Source of the DNA: Promethearchaeota archaeon
GTDB lineage: Archaea > Asgardarchaeota > Lokiarchaeia > Sigyniarchaeales > SOKP01
DNA length: 64,000 nt
Assembly (NCBI GenBank): GCA_030599585.1
Contig: JAUVNS010000005.1
Coordinates: 1-64,000, forward strand
Reading direction: 5' to 3'
The notes under the pieces were generated by a model that was not told the DNA's origin, ran no database searches, and was given only the letters and a program-made list of their open reading frames with translations. Positions within the stretch are counted from its first letter, which is position 1; each line of letters opens with the position of its first letter. Positions 57,128-64,000 of this stretch are shown here, piece after piece. The position numbers were made by a program, and so were the translations under genes.

Positions 57128-58063
57128 ATGCAACAATTTATTAAAATCATCATTGCAGGTTTGGATAACGCAGGAAAAACCTCCATTTTAACCGCTTTGA
57201 ACAAAAAATACAACTTCCAAAAAGATATAATCTCTCTTACACCAACTATTCGAGTTGAATATCAAGCGACAGAATTTCTAAAAAATCGCGTAGTTTTCTG
57301 GGATATGGGTGGTCAAGAGAAGTATAGGAAAATGTATCAAGAAAAGCAAGATCTTTATTTTTCTGACACAGATTTATTAGTATATGTCATCGATATTCAA
57401 GATCATGAAAGAATTGAAACTTCCTTGGCTTACTTGGCCATGATCTTAAAATATTTTAAGAAGCATAAAATGGATGTTCCACTTATAATTAGCTTTCATA
57501 AATTCGACCCCGAATTCATAGGAAATGAACAAATGGTTGAGCAAATAGAAGATTTGAGGAAGCATATACTTAAATTATACCCTTCTTTAAGAATTTTATT
57601 TCAACAAACCTCAATTTACGATATCATATCAATAGTGCAGCTCATATCATACGGATTATCAGTGTTTAATAAAAAATTCTTCGATCTCTCAGAATTCCTA
57701 GAGAAATATCTCAAAGAATTCGATAGCGAGTCCTTAATCTTATTTGACAAAAATGGGATTATCATAAGTGAGTATTATAGGGAAATTATTGGACCAGAGA
57801 TTTATGTAGAACTTATAGAATCAATAAAAGAGCACTTGTTTTTACTGAAAAGAATGCAAGAAGAATCTCACGAAACAGATTATTCGTTTTCGTCGATAGG
57901 AGATGAGTTATTATCTTACTTGCATCGAATTGAAATCAATAACGAATCCATGTTCGTGTCTGTGGTTATTAAAGAAAAATTAAAAGAACTGCTTTTAGAA
58001 AAATTTTCAGAATTTATGCTTGAAGTAAGAGAGTTAATCGAACCCTTAATTGTAGGAAAATGA
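57128..58063 (+). CDS. Arf/Rag-like small GTPase with C-terminal roadblock/longin-like domain
   Basis: GLDNAGKT, PTIRV, WDMGGQ, YVID, HKFD, QTSIYD; C-terminal ILFDKNGIIISE. Confidence 0.88.
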   Translation: MQQFIKIIIAGLDNAGKTSILTALNKKYNFQKDIISLTPTIRVEYQATEFLKNRVVFWDMGGQEKYRKMYQEKQDLYFSDTDLLVYVIDIQDHERIETSLAYLAMILKYFKKHKMDVPLIISFHKFDPEFIGNEQMVEQIEDLRKHILKLYPSLRILFQQTSIYDIISIVQLISYGLSVFNKKFFDLSEFLEKYLKEFDSESLILFDKNGIIISEYYREIIGPEIYVELIESIKEHLFLLKRMQEESHETDYSFSSIGDELLSYLHRIEINNESMFVSVVIKEKLKELLLEKFSEFMLEVRELIEPLIVGK

Positions 58064-58070
58064 AATTCAA

Positions 58071-59159
58071 CTAATCGATTTTTAAAAGCTCTCGAGCTTT
58101 ATCAATTAGTTTCTCCTTCTTTTCTTGATGGTTTTTTATAAATTTTAATACCTTTTCCACGCATTGAGCTTTATGTTCCCCACAAAGTAAATCTCCTTTA
58201 ACGCATCTTTCGAATTCATCGGCTAGAACATCATCATTCTCTTCAAAATGATACATTAATATTTTGTAAATCATACACTTTTGAGGTTCACCACCAAGTT
58301 CTTGTTGTTCTTTCTTATTTTTACGGCCACCAGTAAGAGCTCCTTTTACTTTTTTCTCGATAGAATCTAATGTTTCGTTAAAAGTAAATGAACTATTGGG
58401 ATTTCTTTTAGCCATTTTATCTGATCCATCAATCCCTGCTAATAAATAGTGATAAGTAGCGCCAGGTAGGAAAAATTTCTTGTAATACCTCCGTGTGAGG
58501 TCTCTTGTAAGTCTTATGTGTGGATCTTGATCTATACCGACGGGAACTACAGTTGGTTGTGGACCTTCTCTAACTTGGGGGAGAACTATGTCGCCTACTT
58601 GAATAAGGGCTGCTAGATAGAGGCCGAATGTTTTCTCTCCATAGATTGCATTTAACATGTTTTGGGTCACTAATCTACTTACCTTAAAGCATATATCTTT
58701 CACAATAGGCTCTTTTGATTGCCTCCAAATATAAGTTTTATCAGGAGAAGGGTCTAAGCCGAATGCTAAAATATCTGCTACATTATCTATCGCATTTGGT
58801 TCTGCTTCATCGTAGGGTATTCCATTATCTTCCCAAGATTCTATATCTGCGACACCATAATAAACTTTCCCTCCCATTTTTTGAAACTCGACAATTTCTA
58901 AAGCAGTCGTTGAGGTTCCTAAGTGGTAAGGCCCAGAAGGTTTTATACCGCTCATTACAGCCCATGGTTGATTATCTTCAATTGCTTTAAACACCAATCC
59001 TAAATCTCTATGGCCAAAAATGATTTTCCTTCTGAAAAATCGATTTTTTAACAATTTTTGTCTTAAACTTTCGTTTATATCTTCGATACCAAATTCTCTC
59101 TTTATTCTCTCGTAATCCTCATCTTCTACAGGATTAGAGGAACCCCAAGGATCAAGCAT
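58071..59159 (-). CDS. trpS: Tryptophan--tRNA ligase (archaeal type)
   Basis: LDPWG, SGIKPSGPYHLG, VPVGIDQDPHIRLTRD, KMAK, ALTGGR, LLCGE. Confidence 0.94.
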   Translation of the reverse strand: MLDPWGSSNPVEDEDYERIKREFGIEDINESLRQKLLKNRFFRRKIIFGHRDLGLVFKAIEDNQPWAVMSGIKPSGPYHLGTSTTALEIVEFQKMGGKVYYGVADIESWEDNGIPYDEAEPNAIDNVADILAFGLDPSPDKTYIWRQSKEPIVKDICFKVSRLVTQNMLNAIYGEKTFGLYLAALIQVGDIVLPQVREGPQPTVVPVGIDQDPHIRLTRDLTRRYYKKFFLPGATYHYLLAGIDGSDKMAKRNPNSSFTFNETLDSIEKKVKGALTGGRKNKKEQQELGGEPQKCMIYKILMYHFEENDDVLADEFERCVKGDLLCGEHKAQCVEKVLKFIKNHQEKKEKLIDKARELLKID

Positions 59160-59383
59160 TTTTTACTATTACCTCTTTTATATCGTAGGTACAATTTTAT
59201 TGATTAATATAAAGTAATATCCCAATTAAAAATTTGGGTTCATATTAAGGCTATATAAGTGGTTGAATAATAATATAAACACTAAAGTTATTTTTTAGCT
59301 TCTATTTGTTAACGATATTTAGTTTTACTTGAAAAGTTATAAAGATAACATATAATAAATCTTTTGACCTTCTTTCTATTAAG

Positions 59384-59794
59384 ATGACTGAAAACGATGC
59401 GCTACAAGAAGAGGAATGGAAGGAAAAACTAACCGAAGAACAATATCGCGTTTTAAGACTGAAGGGGACTGAACGCCCTTTTACTGGCAAGTATTGGGAC
59501 AACAAAAAGAAAGGCATATACTATTGTGCTGGTTGTGGAACGCCATTATTTGACTCAAATTCGAAATTTAAATCAAGATCTGGGTGGCCTAGCTTTTCTA
59601 CTCCTGTAAAAGATTCTAAAATTAAAGAAGAATCCGATAATAGCTTCAGTATGAGAAGAACGGAGGTCTTATGCAAAAATTGTGGAGGTCATTTAGGACA
59701 TGTGTTTAAGGACGGTCCTAAACCAATTGGTCTACGATACTGTATTAATTCGATATCTTTAGATTTTAAGTCTAAAAATAAGGACGAAAAGTAG
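59384..59794 (+). CDS. msrB: Peptide-methionine (R)-S-oxide reductase
   Basis: [34 protein letters not shown]. Confidence 0.96.
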   Translation: MTENDALQEEEWKEKLTEEQYRVLRLKGTERPFTGKYWDNKKKGIYYCAGCGTPLFDSNSKFKSRSGWPSFSTPVKDSKIKEESDNSFSMRRTEVLCKNCGGHLGHVFKDGPKPIGLRYCINSISLDFKSKNKDEK

Positions 59795-59811
59795 AGGAAC
59801 GACTAATTTTT

Positions 59812-60267
59812 TCACAAAATGATAATCGAGGAATTTTTATATTCTTTTAAAACCATATTAGAATTAGTTTTGGTTATGAATTCTTTCTCGTTTAATTCTC
59901 GAATAAAATTGTGCACATCCTGAGCTTCTTTAAAACGACATATTAGTGCTGCAGACTGTTCTCCCGTTGTATGAAATACTGAACATACTTCTGGTTTGAG
60001 TGATATTTCGTCTAAGATTTCCTGCGTGTGTTTACCATCAATATTAATTCTTATTAAAAATGTTAATTTATATCCCAATTTCTCGTTATTAAGTTTAAGG
60101 GTATATCCTTCAATTATCTTATTTTTCTCTAATTTCGAAATTCTATTATGAATGGTTCCAATCGAAATATTAAGTTTATCTTGAATTACTCGATAGGATG
60201 TTTTAGCGTTTTCCTGTAAAATTTTAATAATTTCTTCGTCAATTTCGTCCAAAGTTTCTTTTTTCAT
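59812..60267 (-). CDS. Lrp/AsnC-family transcriptional regulator
   Basis: LDEIDEEIIKILQENAKTSY...SIGTIHNRISKL, TTGE. Confidence 0.93.
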   Translation of the reverse strand: MKKETLDEIDEEIIKILQENAKTSYRVIQDKLNISIGTIHNRISKLEKNKIIEGYTLKLNNEKLGYKLTFLIRINIDGKHTQEILDEISLKPEVCSVFHTTGEQSAALICRFKEAQDVHNFIRELNEKEFITKTNSNMVLKEYKNSSIIIL

Positions 60268-60311
60268 ATTTCATAAACCAGAAAAGTAAGATATTCTTTA
60301 AAATTTGTTAG

Positions 60312-60336
60312 TTTGTTGAACAAATTGTTGAACAAA
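60312..60336. repeat. Tandem 12-bp direct repeat with palindromic units (candidate operator)
   Basis: TTGTTGAACAAA at 60313-60324 and 60325-60336; each contains TTGTT-G-AACAA. Confidence 0.6.
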
Positions 60337-60407
60337 TTAAATAAATTTGAAATTTATTTATAATTTTTGAATTTCAAGTTTTTTATTTTTAAATGATCTC
60401 CAAATCA

Positions 60408-60424
60408 GAAAAATTCTTATAAAT
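60408..60424 (+). promoter_or_regulatory. Putative BRE/TATA of the thermosome gene
   Basis: GAAAAATTC-TTATAAAT about 57 nt upstream of ATG 60482. Confidence 0.45.
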
Positions 60425-60481
60425 TGAGTCATTAAAAAATTCAAGAATTAAAAATTTTTAAAAACAAAAAAAGGTAAAAAT

Positions 60482-62068
60482 ATGTCTGTACCGATTATAA
60501 TTCTCAAAGAAGGAACGGAAGAAACGAAAGAAAAAGAAGCTCGCATGCAAAATATCAATGCAATCAAAGCCATTACAGAAACAGTGAAATCTACTCTTGG
60601 ACCAAAAGGCATGAATAAAATGCTGGTGGATTCTGTAGGAGATGTTACAATTACTAACGATGGTGCCGAAATACTTAAATTACTTGATATAGATAATGTT
60701 GCCGCAAACATGATGGTCAATATTGCTAAATCTATAGATGACGATATTGGTGATGGCACCACAACTGCTGTCATCTTCTCAGCAGCCTTATTGGAAAATG
60801 CTCTTGAACTTATCGAACAAAATATTCATCCAAAACCCATTACTCATGGGTACAAGTTAGCGGCAGATAGAGCTTTAAAACTTGTGAACGAAATGGCTGC
60901 CAAAATCTCTCCCGACGATGATAAAATTCTTATTGCTGCAGCTAGAACTGCTATGAATGCTAAGGACATAGTAGGTGTAAAAGACTATTTTGCTGAACTA
61001 ACGTTAAAAGCCATCAAACACATACGTGGAGACGATGGTAATACGTTCTCGAAAGTTGGAAATGTTAAAATTGTCAAAACACCTGGAAAATCCTTAAGAG
61101 AGTCAGAGTTAATTAATGGAGTCTACATCGAAAAGGATAAAGTCAATTCAGCAATGCCAGAAGTAATTAAGAATGCGAAAATAGCAGTCATAAGGAGAAA
61201 ATTAGACGTCGTTAAAACAGAATTCGACGCCCAAATTCGAATAACGAACCCCGCGGACATTCAGAAATTCCTCGATCAAGAAGAAAAGATTCTGATAGAC
61301 TACTTGAAGATCTTTAAAGATTTAGGAGTTACTATGATAGTCAACAATAAAGACATATCTGACAAGTTTGGAGCTTATTTGGCTAAAGAAGGAATTGCCG
61401 CAATAAAAAACCTCGGCGAATCTGATATGAAAGCGGTAACGAAAGCTATTGGTGCTAGTACAGTTGATGATCTACATTCCTTATCTGAGGCCGATCTAGG
61501 TTTTGCAGAAAAAGTCAAGTTCGAAAAACTCTCTAGAGATGATTACGTACTCTTTACAGGATGCAAAAATCCTAAATCCGTGTCAATACTGCTTAAAGGA
61601 GGTTTAGAAAAAATCTTAAACTCAGCAGAAATTACGCTGCATGATGTACTTTCAGTTGTTGCTAAAGTTATGGATACTGAGCGGGTAGTAGCTGGTGGTG
61701 GAGCAATTTACATTGAATTAGCAAAAAAATTAAGAGAATATGCTAACGAAATTAGCGGGAAAGAACAACTAGCTGTAAACGCTTTTGCAATTGCATTAGA
61801 AGAAATTCCTAAAACATTGATCAAAAATGCAGGGTTAGATGAAATCGAAAATATGACAGAACTGCGTGCAGCCCACAAGACTGAAAGTGATAAGTGGCAA
61901 GGGATTGATACTATTACTAACGAGATAGGAGATAATTTCGAGAAAGGTATAATAGAACCAGCAGCATTAATTAATCATGTTATTAAAGCAGGAAGCGAAT
62001 TAGCAAATCTTATTTTAAGAGTAGATAGAATTATCAGTGCTAAAGGTAGTAGACCTCCTGGATTATAA
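60482..62068 (+). CDS. Thermosome (group II chaperonin) subunit
   Basis: STLGPKGMNKM, ITNDGAEIL, GDGTTT, VAGGGA, GIIEP, ILRVD. Confidence 0.95.
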   Translation: MSVPIIILKEGTEETKEKEARMQNINAIKAITETVKSTLGPKGMNKMLVDSVGDVTITNDGAEILKLLDIDNVAANMMVNIAKSIDDDIGDGTTTAVIFSAALLENALELIEQNIHPKPITHGYKLAADRALKLVNEMAAKISPDDDKILIAAARTAMNAKDIVGVKDYFAELTLKAIKHIRGDDGNTFSKVGNVKIVKTPGKSLRESELINGVYIEKDKVNSAMPEVIKNAKIAVIRRKLDVVKTEFDAQIRITNPADIQKFLDQEEKILIDYLKIFKDLGVTMIVNNKDISDKFGAYLAKEGIAAIKNLGESDMKAVTKAIGASTVDDLHSLSEADLGFAEKVKFEKLSRDDYVLFTGCKNPKSVSILLKGGLEKILNSAEITLHDVLSVVAKVMDTERVVAGGGAIYIELAKKLREYANEISGKEQLAVNAFAIALEEIPKTLIKNAGLDEIENMTELRAAHKTESDKWQGIDTITNEIGDNFEKGIIEPAALINHVIKAGSELANLILRVDRIISAKGSRPPGL

Positions 62069-62085
62069 TGATTTGATTGAATATT

Positions 62086-62105
62086 CTATTTTTTTTATTT
62101 TTTTT
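62086..62105 (+). terminator. Oligo(T) archaeal terminator-like tract
   Basis: Two long T runs about 20 nt after the thermosome stop codon. Confidence 0.45.
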
Positions 62106-62237
62106 AATTTTAAATCCTAATATTTGTGAACATTTTTTAATAATGCTAGGATTTAGAAAGACTTTTAAAAATTTTTTCACTTTTAAACCTATTGACCTAT
62201 TTTATTTTCAATAAAAAATTTTTAGATTTATAAATTT

Positions 62238-64000
62238 ATGAAATTTAATGAAGAATTCGCACAATCCATGGATAAAGATATAATATCTCAGCAAGATATT
62301 AAAAAATTATTTGCTTTAAAGAATGATCATGTTTTAAAAATTATAAAGCAATACGCAGATTTGTGTAAACCTAGCAAAATAACCGTAATTTCTGACGCTG
62401 AAGAGGATATTGAATATGTTTTCCAAAAAACTCTTTCTATTCGAGAAGAATGTACCCTCAATATAAAAGGACACACAGTTCACTATGATAGCTTCTATGA
62501 TCAAGCAAGAGATAAAGGAAATACTAAAGTTTTAATCCCAAAAGGAGAATATCGGAGTCCTTGGATTAACACGATGGATAGAGAGGAAGGACTTGAAGAA
62601 ATATTAGAAATTATGGATGGGTGTATGAAAGGGAAAGAATGTTTAGTAAGATTTTTTTGCCTTGGACCTATTAATTCAAAATTTACTATAGGAGCTTTAC
62701 AACTTACAGATTCATTCTATGTCGCTCATTCTGAAGACCTTTTGTATAGAAAAGGATACGAGGAATTCAAAGAATTAAATGGATCTAATAATTTCTTTTA
62801 CTTTGTCCATTCTGCTGGAGAGCTTGTTGGTAATCCTCCTGTTACTAAAAACATTGAAAAAAGGCGAATATATGTCGATCTCCAAGAATCACGGGTTCTA
62901 TCTGTTAACAATCAATACGCGGGTAATTCCCTTGGATTAAAGAAGTTAGCTTTAAGATTAGCAATATTTAAAGCAAATAACGAAGATTGGCTAACGGAAC
63001 ACCATTTTATATTAGGAGTTCGCCCGAAGGGTAAAAATCGGGTAACTTATTTTACCGGTGCTTTCCCAAGTGCATGTGGAAAAACTTCTACTGCGATGCT
63101 TCCTGGTCAACTAATTGTTGGAGATGATATCGCATATTTACGAGCTTGGGACGATGGTTTTGCACACGCTGTTAATATTGAGAAGGGAATTTTTGGAATT
63201 ATAAAAGATGTAAATGCGAAAAACGATCCTCTAATTTATGAAACTCTCACAACCCCAAGAGAATTAATTTTTTCTAATGTTCTCGTAAAAGATGGGAAGC
63301 CTTACTGGCTCGGTATGGGCGTTGAGCATCCTAAAGATGGTTTTAACCATTTCGGACAATGGAACGATGGAATTTCTGATAGAGAAGGAAAGTTGGTAAC
63401 TTTTGCTCATCCGAACGCAAGATATACAATTAACCTCAAGGATCTTTCAAATTGTGATCCTAAATTAAACGATCCTGATGGAGTACCAATCCACGGGATA
63501 TTCTATGGGGGAAGAGATTCTGACACAATGCCTCCTATTGTAGAAAGCTTAAACTGGGAACACGGGATTTTTTTAGGCGCTTCTATAGAATCTGAAACGA
63601 CTTCAGCAACTCTTGGGGAAACAGGCGTTAGAAAGGCTAGTCCTATGGCAAACCTTGATTTCTTGGTAGTTCCTCTGGGGAAATACTTAAACAACCACAA
63701 TATTTTTGGAAAAAAATTGAAGCACTGCCCACAAGTATTCTCTACTAACTACTTTCTTAAAGGTAAAGGCGGGAAATATTTAAATGCTATATTAGACAAA
63801 AAAGTTTGGGTTATATGGGCGGAAGGGCGTACTAGAGGAGATTTTAACGCTATTGAAACACCAATTGGTTATTTGCCTAAATATGAAGACCTTAAGATGT
63901 TATTTAAAATAGAGTTAAATAAAGATTATTCCAAACAAGAATATATTGAGCAATTTACAATAAAAATCAATTTTTTACTCGAAAAACTAAATCGCATTGA
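62238..64000 (+). CDS. pckG: Phosphoenolpyruvate carboxykinase (GTP), 3' end runs off the window
   Basis: Not in ORF track; ATG 62238 MKFNEEFAQ...; YAGNSLGLKKLALR, WLTEH, GAFPSACGKT, VGDDIAY, HPNARY, YGGRDS. Confidence 0.95.
   Translation, partial: MKFNEEFAQSMDKDIISQQDIKKLFALKNDHVLKIIKQYADLCKPSKITVISDAEEDIEYVFQKTLSIREECTLNIKGHTVHYDSFYDQARDKGNTKVLIPKGEYRSPWINTMDREEGLEEILEIMDGCMKGKECLVRFFCLGPINSKFTIGALQLTDSFYVAHSEDLLYRKGYEEFKELNGSNNFFYFVHSAGELVGNPPVTKNIEKRRIYVDLQESRVLSVNNQYAGNSLGLKKLALRLAIFKANNEDWLTEHHFILGVRPKGKNRVTYFTGAFPSACGKTSTAMLPGQLIVGDDIAYLRAWDDGFAHAVNIEKGIFGIIKDVNAKNDPLIYETLTTPRELIFSNVLVKDGKPYWLGMGVEHPKDGFNHFGQWNDGISDREGKLVTFAHPNARYTINLKDLSNCDPKLNDPDGVPIHGIFYGGRDSDTMPPIVESLNWEHGIFLGASIESETTSATLGETGVRKASPMANLDFLVVPLGKYLNNHNIFGKKLKHCPQVFSTNYFLKGKGGKYLNAILDKKVWVIWAEGRTRGDFNAIETPIGYLPKYEDLKMLFKIELNKDYSKQEYIEQFTIKINFLLEKLNRI

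Noticed and set aside
1-64000. CRISPR arrays, IS elements, integrases, proviral genes, rRNA and tRNA
   Set aside because: None seen on reading both strands. Intergenic gaps are short and AT-rich, with no regularly spaced repeats.

Overview
AT-rich (roughly 30% GC by eye), gene-dense archaeal chromosome segment. Gene content points to an Asgard archaeon, most likely Lokiarchaeia: Rab-like and Arf/Rag-like small GTPases, a gelsolin-like domain, Lsm, RIO2, PPP phosphatase, Clp1, rpoD-rpl18e-rpl13-rps9, a thermosome subunit and MutS1/MutL. The lineage call is inference, not a database result. Bases 1-10589 hold a minus-strand electron-bifurcation cluster: hdrC, hdrB, an FpoF/FrhB-like gene, a split HdrA pair, MvhD-wHTH, a fused 1004-aa HdrA, MvhD/FlxD and an FlxC-like gene running off the left edge. 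The rest is mostly housekeeping and metabolism: GMP synthase ATPase subunit, msrA/msrB, acyl-CoA ligase, porG and porDAB split by a PAS histidine kinase, aroC/aroA, glyA, trmI, trpS and GTP-PEPCK running off the right edge. I found no tRNA, rRNA, CRISPR array, transposase or in-frame Sec UGA. Four genes missing from the ORF track were read by hand (1-777, 11941-12102, 17159-17335, 62238-64000). The best candidates for new biology are: (i) a gelsolin-like domain fused to a 4-TM membrane module (31427-32212), a possible actin-membrane tether; (ii) a circularly permuted ATP-grasp ligase near an acidic Cys-tailed protein, a membrane hydrolase and a PARP-type Zn finger (39353-42481); (iii) the duplicated split-plus-fused HdrA-MvhD cluster with two candidate electron inputs; (iv) a histidine kinase whose frame extends upstream with no canonical start codon. 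Several enzymes also carry altered catalytic motifs.
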